Below are positions 12,600-25,497 of a stretch of DNA of 64,000 nucleotides, piece by piece. Both the position numbers and the translations under genes were made by a program. Under the pieces are notes generated by a model. The model ran no database searches. It was not told where the DNA came from and saw only the letters and a program-made list of their open reading frames with translations. Numbering within the stretch: position 1 is the first letter of the stretch; each line of letters starts with the position of its first letter. The stretch comes from Octopus sinensis (taxonomy: Eukaryota): the NCBI RefSeq assembly GCF_006345805.1, contig NC_043022.1:17174001-17238000 (forward strand), in the 5' to 3' direction.

Positions 12600-13160
12600 T
12601 CAGCAAGACTTTTGTTAGCCGCTCTCCAGCCATCTATTTAAAACTGTATACAGCTATGGTACGACCACACTTGGAATTCGCATCATCAGTTTGGAACCCC
12701 TATCTTGCTCAGAACATCGACCTCCTGGAATCTGTCCGGAGACGTGCAACCAAACGCATACCCTCCATCAGACATCTATCATATTCTGAGCGCCTTGTTT
12801 CCCTGGGCATGGATTCACTGAAGCTCCGGCGTCTGGCGACAGACCTGGTAAACACCCACAAAGTTATCAACCACCTCACCAACAACAACACTGAACACCT
12901 TTTTGATCCCCATGTGTCTAACACACGTGGACATGCCTACAAAGTCAGAAAACAACACAGCTCCCATGACTTTCAGAAACATTTCTTCACACTCAGAGTT
13001 GCTGAAGCATGGAACAAACTGCCTGCGTCAGTTGTTGACTGCCGTGACACTGCATCCTTTAAGGCCCTCATGCTTTCCGAAATCCGCCAAAACTACACCT
13101 GATTATATATACACTTTAGATGAGTTGTAGTGCACCTGAGCACTGTACACAATTATTATT
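12600..13160 (+). mobile_element. CR1/Jockey-group LINE 3' end, 5'-truncated
   Basis: RPHLEFASSVWNP...TRGHAYKVRK...FFTLRVAEAWNKLP RT C-terminus with an (ATT)n tail. Further copies at 20.3, 28.3, 52.1 and 59.3 kb. Confidence 0.9.
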
Positions 13161-13809
13161 ATTATTATTATTATTTAATCAACAAGGAATGGCATGTGGC
13201 CTCATTCCCCTATTGGTTGCTGTGGCTTTCTGTCAACTCTTTCCTGCAGAAGATAGGTCTGGAGTGCAGAATAAGGGGCAAAACAGTTGTATCCCTGAAA
13301 AACCTGCTGATGATATGGAAGGGTTTCCACCATTGCAATCGATCTAGAAGAGCTTGCAAATCCTCTGAGTAGCCCTTGCAATTTCTGCACTGTGCTGAGG
13401 AAACCCCTGACAGACCTTTTCACCCTTACAAGGCAATGGTGAACTGAAGTCTAAGTAAGATGTTTGCCCACAGCACCACTCAAAGAGATCAGATCCAGAC
13501 CCTTGGTTTTTTTTCTTCTTTCTTCACTTCAGCATTAATTAAATTTACAACATTGAAGAGTGGTGAGGTAGGGGTGGGGGTTGTGTTGTTTTCTTTTCTT
13601 TATTTACCTGCAAGGTGTGTTTTCCAAATTAACAAGATTCGTTATTTTCATTGTTTAATCATTAACCTCACAAACAATGAGCCAACCACATGTATTCCAC
13701 TTGCCACCTGCAGCTCACTTTAACAAGCCTTAAGAGGATTAAGGGATTATTTACTAATTACTTTATCTATCTACCTATCTGCCCGTCTGTCTCTGTCAAT
13801 CTATCTATT

Positions 13810-13816
13810 GGTTAGC

Positions 13817-13850
<34 letters not shown>

Positions 13851-13875
13851 GTCTATCTATCTATCTATCTATCTG

Positions 13876-13970
<95 letters not shown>

Positions 13971-13995
13971 GTCTATCTATCTGTCTGTCTGTCTA
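13810..13995. repeat. (CTAT)n microsatellite
   Basis: Directly visible. Confidence 0.95.
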
Positions 13996-14560
13996 TCTAC
14001 ATATCTATCTATCAATCTCTCTCTCTCTCTCTCTGTATGTACATATGTATGTATCTGTCTGTCTGTCTGTCTTTCTGACTATTTATTTAAAATACTATTG
14101 TTTTTCTTTATAATCTTAATCTTCACTTTCACATCATCATCATCATTTTGTTTCCTCCTTCTCTCTCTCTCTTTCACTTGCTTCTCCTCTCTCTCTCTTT
14201 CTCTCTCATTCTGTCTCCTTTAATTTCACTACTTTCTATCCTACTTTTGTACCCCCACTCCCACCATTCACTCATCTCTCCCTCTTTTATATCCCATTGT
14301 CCCTATAACCATAATCAGATCAGACCCCAAACTCTCCTTTTTTTCCCTGAACATGGTAATTCAATCATGAATTTTTCATTTATCGTAGTTATCTCCCTTC
14401 CTCAGTTACAAATAATTCCCACTGGGTTTTTGTTTCCTTTCTCTATCTGTGATGAAACTTTAAGAAATTAATGATATGCTATAGATGGCTTTCTGTGCCT
14501 CCATTGTGCCACTGGCTACATGGAGTTATTTTCTCTTTGTGCCTTTAAAAGTGTGTATGC

Positions 14561-14597
<37 letters not shown>

Positions 14598-14624
14598 CAC
14601 ACACACACACAATTTACATATACT

Positions 14625-15020
14625 CTTTTACACATTTCAGTCACTTGACTGTGGCCATGCTGGAGCACTACCTTTAGTCAAAGAAATCGACCCCAGGACT
14701 TATTCTTTGTAACCCTAGTACTTGTTCTATCGGTCTCTTTTGCCAAACTGCTAAGTTTTGGCGACATAAACACACCAACATTGGTTGTCAAGCAATGGTG
14801 GGGAGACAGACACAAACACATAAACATATACACACATAAATATATATATACATATATACGACAGGCTTCTTTCATTTTCCGTCTACCAACTCTACTCACA
14901 AGGCTTTGGTCAGCCTGGGGCTATAGTAGAAGACATATGCCCAAGGTGCTACACAGTGGGACTGAACCCAGAACCATGTGGCTGGTAAGCAAGCTGCTTA
15001 CCACAAAGCCATGCCTGTGC
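14625..15020 (-). mobile_element. tRNA-derived SINE, near full length
   Basis: Reverse complement of the 20716-21140 element, including the A/B-box head and the central caccttgggca core. Confidence 0.85.
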
Positions 15021-15049
15021 CTATTTATACATACGATGATGACGATCGT

Positions 15050-15230
15050 CATCATCATCATTTAATGTCTGTTTTCCATGCTGGCATGGCTTACACAATT
15101 TGATAGGAGGTGGCAAGGCTGGAGAGCTGACCAGGCTCCAGGCATGTGTTTTGGTACAGTTTCTACAAAGGGTGCTTTTTATGTGACACCAGCACAAGTG
15201 TGCCTTTCTACATGGCACTGGTTTTAGTAC
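15050..15230 (-). mobile_element. (GAT)n-tailed SINE 3' portion
   Basis: catcatcatttaatgtctgttttccatgctggcatgg... Confidence 0.7.
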
Positions 15231-15435
15231 ATCTCACTATGTGTGTGTGTGTATGTATATATATATATAATATATATATGTATGTACATATATATGTATA
15301 TATATATAGAGAAAGAGAGACAGACAGACAGACAGAGAGTCAGAGCGAGAGAGAGAATATAAAGGGTTTAGTTCTAAATGAATAGGTGCTATAGTTGGAT
15401 CCAGGGGTCAGTGTTAGGCTTCTGTTTTAGTATGT

Positions 15436-15655
15436 ATATATTATATTTGAGGAAAAATCAAATCTAAGGCAGAACAAGTATCTCAAGTCATTCAGAATAA
15501 TTGGATTTGGGTAAGGTGAATTTGAAGTCCTACAGCTGTTTCTGGGATAACCCAAATAGTTGGTCAGCAGAAACGGCTGTAAGACTTCAAATCCTAAATG
15601 ACTTGAGATACTTGTTCTGCCTTGATTTTGATTTTTCCTCTAATATAATATAATA
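15436..15655. repeat. Fold-back element with outer (~55 bp) and inner (~25 bp) stems
   Basis: gaggaaaaatcaaatctaaggcagaacaagtatctcaagtcatt pairs with aatgacttgagatacttgttctgccttgattttgatttttcctc. Inner atttgaagtcctacagctgtttctg pairs with cagaaacggctgtaagacttcaaat. Confidence 0.85.
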
Positions 15656-15867
15656 TATATATATATATAGAACAAGTAGAAGGATATATTTTTCAGGGTG
15701 TAAATCCTGATAGAACAGCATATATAGGATAAAATTCTTTTCGAACAGAAAAATTTGTGGGCAACCAGCCACAAGGATTGAACTCACACCCCTCAAGTAT
15801 CTGGTCAGAGTGCTCTACCTCTGACCGGACATTAGAGGGGTGTGATTGATATATATATATATATATA

Positions 15868-15998
15868 CACAAAGTGATTCAAAAGTCACCATACATAGGA
15901 AAAATTTATTTTTTTTATAAGAAACAGTTAAATAAAAAAATTGTTTCTTATAAAAAAATAAATTGTTCTTATGTATAGTGACTTTTGAATCACCCTGT
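15868..15998. mobile_element. Small Tc1/mariner-type MITE (almost fully palindromic)
   Basis: gtgattcaaaagtcac pairs with gtgacttttgaatcaccctg. The right end reads CAGGGTG as a TIR and is embedded in TA repeats. Confidence 0.65.
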
Positions 15999-16003
15999 GT
16001 ATA

Positions 16004-16058
<55 letters not shown>

Positions 16059-16459
16059 TCTGAAGTTAGGGACTGGAGTAGATAAAATCCCAGCTACAGA
16101 AGCTGAGAAGTAGTAATTACTGAAACGGTGAAGGGGGGGGGGATACTGCTCTAATTGCTCATCAGGCCAAAGGTCAAATAGAGTCAAATAAAGATTCCAT
16201 TGCTGTCAAGGGATCCCATGTTAACTTGCAGGGGATTTGATTGAAAATATGTGGAAAGCAGAGAGTGAGAGAAGTCATACATGGAACTGGGTGAAGAAGA
16301 AGAAGAAGAAGAAGAAGAAGAAAAGGAGATGGGGAAGTGCAGGGTGGGAAGGGGGAATTTGCTATTATTAAAGATGGGTAGGGGAATGTCTCTGTGAATT
16401 TCGGTTAAGGTCATTTATTCTGTCTTCTGTAGAATAAATAAATGAATGAATTCATGAAA

Positions 16460-16508
<49 letters not shown>

Positions 16509-16876
16509 TTTCATCTTTTGGGGGTTAATGAGATAAATACCAGCCAAGTAATTACCGGGGGTCAATATAATTCAAGAGTTCCCTTCCCCAAAATTTCAGA
16601 CTTCGCGCCTATTGTAGAAAGGATTATTATTGTCGATGTTGTTGTTGTTGTTGTGATGTTAATCCATTCAAGCATCTGTCCGTGTGTCCCTCTCTCTCTG
16701 CCATCACTACAGTTTACTGTAGACTAATGTTGTCAGTCAAAGTGACGAGAATGACTCAAGAGCTTAACTGCCAGTGTCTCTGGTAGAGGGCGACACTTAG
16801 CAGGATCCACCATCTTGCACAAGCAACAATAAACGAATCAAACTGAAATCATTGATGTCTTCGGTAAGTGTTTCTT

Positions 16877-16928
<52 letters not shown>

Positions 16929-17229
16929 CCTCTCTCTCTCTCTTTCTCTATCTGTCTGTCTGTCTTTTGCTTACCTATCTATCTGTCTCTCTGTGTAACT
17001 TGAGCTATCTATCTTTCTATCTCTGCATAATGAACTTATCCGTATTCAGTGCCCACAACAACTCACCTGAAAAAGGAACCAAAACTGCCCCAACAGAACA
17101 GGGGTCCATTCGTCTGTCCGTCTGCCTGTTTATCTGTCGTCTGTTTATTATGTATCGACTTCTCTTTCTCTCTTTCTATCTCATTCCATATACCTGTCTA
17201 CCTGTATTTTGTTTGCTTGTCTATATGTA

Positions 17230-17233
17230 ACTA

Positions 17234-17264
<31 letters not shown>

Positions 17265-17319
17265 GTCTCTCTCTCTCTCTCTGTCTATCTATCTATCTAT
17301 TTATCTATCTATCTATCTT

Positions 17320-17353
<34 letters not shown>

Positions 17354-17387
17354 CATCTATCTCTCTATCTATCCATCTATCTATCTT

Positions 17388-17418
<31 letters not shown>

Positions 17419-17448
17419 GTCTATCTATCATCTATCTATCTATCTATC

Positions 17449-17485
<37 letters not shown>

Positions 17486-17535
17486 ATCTATCTATCTATT
17501 TCTCTATATATCTGTCTGTCTGTCTGTCTATCTCT
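17230..17535. repeat. (CTAT)n/(CT)n microsatellite
   Basis: Directly visible. Confidence 0.95.
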
Positions 17536-17696
17536 CTATCTCTCTCTCTGACTCTCTCTTTTCCTCTTCTTTTTCCTTTTACCAATTTTTTAAGAAAGTT
17601 TCTTCCAGTTTTTTTTCTTCTTTTTCTCTATTTATGTTTTTTCAATCAATCTTCTTCCTCTCTTTCTTACTTGTATTCAGCTTATGTCTCTTTTCC

Positions 17697-17739
<43 letters not shown>

Positions 17740-19696
17740 CTATATATATTTTTTCTTCTTCTTTTCTATAATTCTTCCTTCTCTTTCATTCTCAGTCTCT
17801 TTCCTTTTCTCCTTCCTTTATCTCACATTTTGCTTCTTTCGTTATCCTTAATATTTTTCCCTCATTCGTTCTTTCTCCATCATTTTGTCTTCTTTTTTCC
17901 TCTCTCCTTTCTATTTTTCTCTCCAAACCTACCCTGATCAAGCAGACCTAATATATAAGGGTTTCCACTTGTGACCATCCCTACTATTTTCAGGTATGAT
18001 CTACCCAGCATGTCCTTCCCTTTTTTCAAAACACTAGTATGATATGCAGGCGATTTTGGCTGTTGTTTCTAGGAGGTTAGCTGTTTCAGATGAACTCTGC
18101 TCAAGCAGATGTTTGATCAAAATCGTTCCTTTCATGACCATCTCATCTATGAGTCAGACAATGTATCTATCAAACTACATTATCTAACAGAGTACATTTC
18201 TTTAAGATGTTACAGTGTGGTTTGAGGGAAATTTAACATCTATTTCATGCATGTAGACTGACCACATAAAGCTTGTCTTACATCTCTTATTCTTAATGGT
18301 AACCTTTAACCATTTTCTTACCAAATTTCTGGTGTAATCCATGGCCTTTGTTTTGATTAACTTTGAACCTTTTGAGGAATTTGTCGTTAATTGGATGGTT
18401 TTGGAATAAAAATTAACTTGGAATTTTGATGAAAGATTTTAATTTAGATCACTTTAAAATGTGGAATTTGTATCATTAAATGACCATTGTCCATGCTGGC
18501 AAGGGCTGGATGGTTTGACCAGGGTTGGTAAGCTGAGGGGCTGCACCAGACTCCAGTGTGATTTGGCAGGGTTTCTATGGAAGGGTGCCCTTCTTAATGC
18601 CAAAAACCTTAAACAAAAAAATAAGAAAAACACTAAGAATCACTCAAATGATTGAAAAGTTTGTATTTTTTGCAAAAGGTAACTTCTTGTGGCTGACCTT
18701 TCATTGTTGAGGCAGTTTTTAAAACATCCTACGATGGCACCACAAGCATTTTGATTGATCTGGCATAACTTCATCTTGACTTGTTTCCTCATAACTTTTT
18801 ACTTATTTCAGTCATGTGACTGTGGCCATGATGGGGCACCACATTGAAGAATTTTTTAGTCAAATTAGTTGGCCCCAGGCCTTTTTTTTTTTTAAGGGTG
18901 GTACTTATTCTATTGATCTTTCTTACCAAACTCCTAAGTTACAGGGATGTAAACACACCAACACCAGTTCTCAAGTGGTGGTAGAGGACAAATGCAGATA
19001 CAGAGACACACGTGCATACATATATGTATTTTTAGAAAGGAATCCAAAATCCACTCATGCCCAACACACACAAAAGCAAGCTGCTATCTCAGTCTATAAG
19101 CAACTCTCCACCCAAGACAATGTCTACGAATATTAGTCAATTTTTGCCCTGAAGAGGCTTTTACCTTTCAAATGCATAAAGTAATCTTAATTGCAAAATA
19201 TTAATGAAGGTAAGAAATTGAAACGTGCGTAGGTAATATGAAATTGACTATTATTTAGTCATGCAGTGGGACTGAACCTGGAACCATGTGGTTGGGAAGC
19301 CATCTTAAAAGTATTTGTAGAAAATTTCATTGAAAATATTTATTTTTTAAGTTATGAGGAAACAAAGTTGGATGGGGTGGGGATGCACACCTGTGTAGGT
19401 ATGTTTTTATTTCTTATCAGTTTCTTTCATTAGACTGTGGCCATGCTGGGGCACTACCTTGAAAGGTTTTATTTGAATGAGTCACTCGCAGGACCTGTTT
19501 TCATTAAAGCCTAGTACTTATTCTAGCAGTCTCTTATGTCAAACCACTAAGTTATGGGGATGCAAACAAACTAACACTGGTTATCAAGCAGTCATGGGGG
19601 ATAAAGAAACACAAGGACACAGTCCCATTTCCCAGTACCTTCCACCCTTCATACACACAGACACACACACACATCAATGTTTCTACCTGTCTTAAG

Positions 19697-19895
19697 ATGG
19701 CAGGCTGGTAGAATCATTAGCCTGCCTGGTAACTTTACATTCTGAGTTCAAATGCCACCAGGGTCAACTTTGCCTTTCATCCTTTGGGGGTCAACAGAAA
19801 GAGTACTAGTGGAACACTGGGACCAATGTAATCAACTTACCTCCCACCCCACAACGAAATTGCTGGCCTTGTGCCAAGATTTGAAACTAATATTT
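19697..19895 (+). mobile_element. Second tRNA-derived SINE family, diverged
   Basis: A-box-like ggcaggctggtagaatc, B-box-like gagttcaaatgcc, followed by gtcaactttgcctttcatcctttggggg. A related remnant lies at ~16540-16630. Confidence 0.55.
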
Positions 19896-20341
19896 CTATT
19901 GGGCTTCCCTACAGTTTCCCCATTCTTTAATTCTTCACTTTACTTCTTTAATGAGTTTCACAAATGCCAAAACATTACCCCCCCCCCAAAGAATAGGTGC
20001 TGCTTCAGCCCCTCTTCTCTTTCTTTAAGTATGACTCCCTTCATCCCTATTTTGCAGAAGGGAGCAGTAATCTGGAGACGGACATCCAATTGCAAAGCAG
20101 AAACTGGTTCATCAATGACTCCGAGAAGTTGGTTGTTTTAATGACTGCAATTAGAATAATTAGAAGGAGATGAAAGTTAATCAAGTGATAGAAGACAATT
20201 AATTAACGACAACCAAAGTAAGAAGAAAAACATAATCATTCTATTAATATTCTAGATTTTGTTTTATCTTTTACGATTTATTTTTTATTTGCTTTAGTCA
20301 TTTAGACTGTGGCCATGCTGGGGCACACAAAAAGAATCTTA

Positions 20342-20495
20342 AACTGCCTGCGTCAGTTGTTGACTGCCATGACACTGCATCCTTTAAGGCCCTCATGCTT
20401 TCTGAAATCCGCCGAAACTACACCTGATTATATATACACTTTAGATGAGTTGTAGTGCACCTGAGCACTGTACACAATGTTTATTATTATTATTA
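20342..20495 (+). mobile_element. CR1 LINE extreme 3' end
   Basis: Matches the last ~150 bp of the 12.6 kb copy plus an (ATT)n tail. Confidence 0.85.
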
Positions 20496-20715
20496 TTATT
20501 TTAAATACATCAATTCCAGTAGTTATATTTTCTTTAAGCCTGGTACTTATTCTATCGATCATTTTTGCCAAACTGCTAAGTCACAGTAATATAAATGCAC
20601 CAACAGCAATTGTCAAACTCTGGTGGCGGACAAAAAAAGACACAAGCACACACATATATATGTGTATATATGTATATATATATATGTTGTGTATATATAT
20701 ATATATATATATATA

Positions 20716-20877
20716 GGCGCAGGAGTGGCTGTGTGGTAAGTAGCTTGCTAAACAACCACATGGTTCCAGGTTCTGTCCCACTGCCTGGCATCTTGGTCAA
20801 GTGTCTTCTGCTATAGCCCCGGGCCGACCAATGCCTTGTGAGTGGATTTGGTAGACGGAAACTGAAAGAAGCCTGTC

Positions 20878-20920
<43 letters not shown>

Positions 20921-21140
20921 GTATGTGTGTGTATATGTTTGTGTGTCTGTGTTTGTCCCCCTAGCATTGCTTGACAACCGATGCTGGTGTGTTTACGTCC
21001 CTGTCACTTAGCGGTTCGGCAAAAGAGACTGATAGAATAAGTACTGGGCTTACAAAGAATAAGTCCCAGGGTCGATTTGCTCGACTAAAGGCGGTGCTCC
21101 AGCATGGCCGCAGTCAAATGACTGAAACAAGTAAAAGAGT
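20716..21140 (+). mobile_element. tRNA-derived SINE, full length, with internal (TA)n
   Basis: ggcgcaggagtggctgtgtggt (A box), ggttctgtccc (B box), catcttggtcaagtgtctt core, 3' gcggtgctccagcatggccgcagtcaaatgactgaaac. Copies at 14.6 and 45.2 kb; fragments at 5.4, 33.4 and 63.1 kb. Confidence 0.85.
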
Positions 21141-21619
21141 AAGAAAAGAGTATATATATATATATATATGCACATATATGTGTATGTATATATGTGTATG
21201 TATATATGTGTATGTATATATATATGCATATTTATGTGTGTGTGTGTGTGTATCACGTATGGTTTCGCGACCATTGGGAAGTATTGCAATTTGTTTCCAA
21301 TGAATTCCCCTGTTCGTCTGCCTTGCACTTGACTACTCTCCATCGGTGTCTCAGGGTCCCTACCAACCAACTTGGTCCCATGCACACACACACACACACA
21401 CACGCACACATGCATTCCTGCATACACACACGTGTGTGTGTGTGTGTGTGACAAACCCTTCCCTTTTCATTCCTCCTGTTCTCTCATTGTTGCTGTTATA
21501 CTTGTTGTGTGTCCTTAATACCATTAAAGTGGATTTACAACAGACTTAATCCCAGATTAGCAGCCACTACTCAATCAATAGTTGTGCTGTCCTCATTACA
21601 CAGAGTCCTCCCTGCTCCC

Positions 21620-21627
21620 ACACACAC

Positions 21628-21665
<38 letters not shown>

Positions 21666-21679
21666 CACACACACACACA

Positions 21680-21732
<53 letters not shown>

Positions 21733-21840
21733 TCACACACACACTCACACTCTCACACATACACTCACACACACACACACTCACACACACACACTCACAC
21801 ACACACACACACACACACTCACACACACACACACACAAAT
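21620..21840. repeat. (CA)n microsatellite
   Basis: Directly visible. Confidence 0.95.
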
Positions 21841-21884
21841 ACGCACTCACTGAGTGTATTTAATTTCTACAAAGTAAAATGTAT

Positions 21885-23445
21885 CTTATATATATATATG
21901 TATGTAAGAATGTATGTATATGTGTGTATGTATGTGTGTGTATATATGTATGTATGTATATAACAATGTATGTATGTGTGTGTGTATATATGTATGTATG
22001 TATGTAAGAATGTATGTATGTGTGTGTATATATATATATGTATGTATGTATATAAGAATGTATGTATGTATGTGTGTGTATGTATGTGTGTGTGTATATG
22101 TATGTATGTATATAAGAATGTATGTATGTGTGTATGTATGTGTGTGTGTGTATATGTATATATGTATGTATATAAGAATGTATGTATGTGTGTGTATGTA
22201 TGTGTGTGTGTATATGTATGTATGTATGTATATAAGAATGTATGTATGTGTGTGTGTATATGCATGTATATAAGAATGTATGTGTGTGTGTATATATATG
22301 TATGTATGTATATAAGAATGTGTGTATGTGTGTGTATGTATGTATGTATGTATGTATATAACAATGTATGTGTGTGTGTGTATATATGTATGTATATAAG
22401 AATGTATGTATGTGTGTGTATGTATGTGTGTGTATATTATGTATGTAAGAATGTATGTATATGTGTGTATGTATGTGTGTTGTATATGTATGTATGTATA
22501 TAACAATGTATGTATGTGTGTGTGTATATATGTATGTATGTATGTAAGAATGTATGTATGTGTGTGTATATATATATATGTATGTATGTATATAAGAATG
22601 TATGTATGTATGTGTGTGTATGTATGTGTGTGTGTATATGTATGTATGTATATAAGAATGTATGTATGTGTGTGTATGTATGTGTGTGTGTATATGTATA
22701 TATGTATGTATATAAGAATGTATGTATGTGTGTGTATGTATGTGTGTGTGTATATGTATGTATGTATGTATATAAGAATGTATGTATGTGTGTGTGTATA
22801 TGCATGTATATAAGAATGTATGTGTGTGTGTATATATATGTATGTATGTATATAAGAATGTGTGTATGTGTGTGTATATGTATGTATGTATGTATATAAC
22901 AATGTATGTGTGTGGTGTATATATGTATGTATGTATATAACAATGTATGTATGTGTGTGTGTATATGTATGTATGTATGTAAGAATGTATGTATGTGTGT
23001 GTATATATATATATGTATGTATGTATATAAGAATGTATGTATGTATGTGTGTGTATGTATGTGTGTGTGTATATGTATGTATGTATATAAGAATGTATGT
23101 ATGTGTGTGTATGTATGTGTGTGTGTATATGTATATATGTATGTATATAAGAATGTATGTATGTGTGTGTATGTATGTGTGTGTGTATATGTATGTATGT
23201 ATGTATATAAGAATGTATGTATGTGTGTGTGTATATGCATGTATATAAGAATGTATGTGTGTGTGTATATATATGTATGTATGTATATAAGAATGTGTGT
23301 ATGTGTGTGTATATGTATGTATGTATGTATATAACAATGTATGTGTGTGTGTGTATATATGTATGTATATAAGAATGTATGTATGTGTGTGTATGTATGT
23401 GTGTGTATATATATGTATGTATGTATATACATGTATACACACACA
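21885..23445. repeat. Higher-order minisatellite built of (TATG)/(TG)/(TA) with AAGAATG/AACAATG anchors
   Basis: The anchor series recurs with a 540-bp offset (21961/22501, 22314/22854), then a ~435-bp offset (22546/22981, 22854/23288). Confidence 0.8.
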
Positions 23446-23472
23446 TACGCAAACCCACACATACATATATAT

Positions 23473-23935
23473 ACAGGGTACGGTAAGTAAAATGTCGCCA
23501 TTTTACATTTTCGGTTTTGCACATGTGCATTGTTTGGATTTTGATTTTGTCAACTACACAGCATAGTAGGGTCAGTTGGGCACCGTCTGTGAGAAAAACA
23601 GCAACATGACACAATTCGTTCTGCTAGAAATTTGGAAACAACATGCTGTACTGCTTGGCATTCATGCCAAAAGCTCCAACATGAACATTTCAGAGTGTTT
23701 GGGTGTCAATTTGAGGACAGTGCGGAGGATTCAGGAAGAGTTGGACGAGTCTAATGGTGATTACAAAGGTAGGGCAGCTTGGAAAACTCACTCTGATTCT
23801 TCTAATAAGAAAAGAACTCCTGATTTTGTTGGTGAGATCCAGGCCATGATTGACAATGATCATTCCAAGTCAATCAGGTCCATCACCAAGGACATGGGAG
23901 TGTCTGAGTCTCTTATCAGGCTTCAAGTGAACTAC
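23473..23935 (+). mobile_element. Tc1/mariner-superfamily transposon 5' fragment (TIR and HTH DNA-binding region)
   Basis: TA|CAGGGT start. The ORF NISECLGVNLRTVRRI...KRTPDFVGEIQAMIDND..KSIRSITKDMGVSESLIR has a paired-HTH pattern and is truncated before the DDD domain. Confidence 0.65.
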
Positions 23936-23965
23936 AACACTCTGATATCCATATATATATATATT

Positions 23966-24012
<47 letters not shown>

Positions 24013-24092
24013 ATATATATTGTTATATTTCGAAATGGTCATATTGCCAGTTTAGCCAATATAAAAAATCTTGCACAACAAATATTTAAACG

Positions 24093-24129
<37 letters not shown>

Positions 24130-24260
24130 ATATAGTCACAATGAGGTTACTTAAACTTCTTACAGGGATATTTTATCAAAGATACACTCATTTAATATAT
24201 TTTGATGAAATATTTCTTCAATGAATATATTATATAAAATATCATAAAATATCAAACATT

Positions 24261-24382
24261 ATTGTTGAGTTAGAAAACAGAGAGATCTAATGGATACAAA
24301 TTAATTTATTAATTGGTGAATATGTTGATTAATTAATAAAGTAATTTGTATCCATTAGCTCTCTCAGTTTTCCAACTCGACA

Positions 24383-24384
<2 letters not shown>
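24261..24384. repeat. Fold-back hairpin (~50-bp stem)
   Basis: ttgttgagttagaaaacagagagatctaatggatacaaattaatttattaatt pairs with aattaataaagtaatttgtatccattagctctctcagttttccaactcgacaa. Confidence 0.8.
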
Positions 24385-24459
<75 letters not shown>

Positions 24460-24674
24460 TGTATGTATGTATAAACCATAAAATTAAGGAGATGTGAGTG
24501 GTAAATTTATATTTATTCTTTTATTTGTTTCTGTCATTTGACCATGGCCATGCTGGAGTTTATCACATAACATCTTAAGGATTAACCCATTTTGAAACCT
24601 TCTCCATGAAGTATTAATTTCAATGAATTTCTGAGTCTGTTGTGATTAAGCTGGTTGGTGGTATACTGAGGTTG

Positions 24675-24720
24675 GCGTGATTAGCGTGATTAGCGTGATT
24701 AGCGTGATTAGCGTGATTGA
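24675..24720. repeat. 9-bp tandem repeat (GCGTGATTA)x~5
   Basis: Directly visible, ~70 bp upstream of the 24791 acceptor. Confidence 0.9.
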
Positions 24721-24790
24721 TAACATTTTCAGGTCCCTTATGTACATATTTTTTCCATTTCTTGCTTTTTTTTCTTTTTTTTTTTGGCAG

Positions 24791-25497
24791 GTGGAGGAAC
24801 CAGAATGGATTTGCGGAGATATGTCAGTGCCGATGATCTTTTACATTTGTATGAAAGAGATAAAACTCCAAGACAAAAGCAATCCACTGGACGGAAATAT
24901 CGGACTCTACAACGAACTAACGAACATCTCCCTTCACCTCTTCTTGATTCTCCAAAAATGAACATGGACTTGGCACCGTTGTCTCCATCGAGAACAGCAG
25001 AGAATCATAACTTAAGCTCAGCTGTAAAAAGTGCTTACATCAGTAATGAATACCTGAGAATAAGGGATTTCATAAACCGAACGGATCCAGACATATTGCA
25101 ACAAATTCTTCTCAGAACACTGGAGTACCGTAACTCAAAGGACATTATAGCCCTGGGCATTATTTTCCCCCGTAACCACTTCTCAACATACAACAACTAC
25201 CACTGTGCCCGCTGCCACAAACAATATAACCCGATGGACAGGGAGCATTGTTTGTTGCGCCATTCAGTTCAGTATGTGCGTAAAATTCAACAAGACGACC
25301 GAGGGTCGAATTTTTTCTGTCGGCTCTGTGGTAAAACTTTCTATCTTAAGAATGTCTTCATTTATACAGAGAAAATAACGAATCAAAACACGGGTTATTG
25401 TTTTGTTGGTCTGCACACCAATGATGCTCGTCTCGTTAAATATGGAGGGGAGGCAAAGACCTGTGAGGAATATGGTTGCGTAGAATTTTACGTGTGA
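24791..25497 (+). CDS. Large terminal exon encoding an uncharacterised protein with a C-terminal Cys/His-rich (putative Zn-binding) domain; first in-frame ATG at 24805 (230 aa)
   Basis: Strong acceptor (T)n-ggcag|, long non-repetitive ORF, HCARCHKQY..C..H...FCRLCGKTF...YCFVGLHT.D...Y..KTCEEYGC, and AATAAA at ~25613. Confidence 0.8.

Noticed and set aside
12290-12600. Non-repetitive 3' part of ORF 11986-12618
   Set aside because: Its start lies in microsatellite, it runs into a CR1 copy and has no recognisable motifs; probably a decayed TE.
20716-20790. tRNA gene
   Set aside because: The A/B boxes belong to a SINE head that continues into core and tail sequence, with no cloverleaf.
21860-23614. 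584-aa and overlapping HTYI/VCMY ORFs
   Set aside because: Artefacts of a stop-poor minisatellite.
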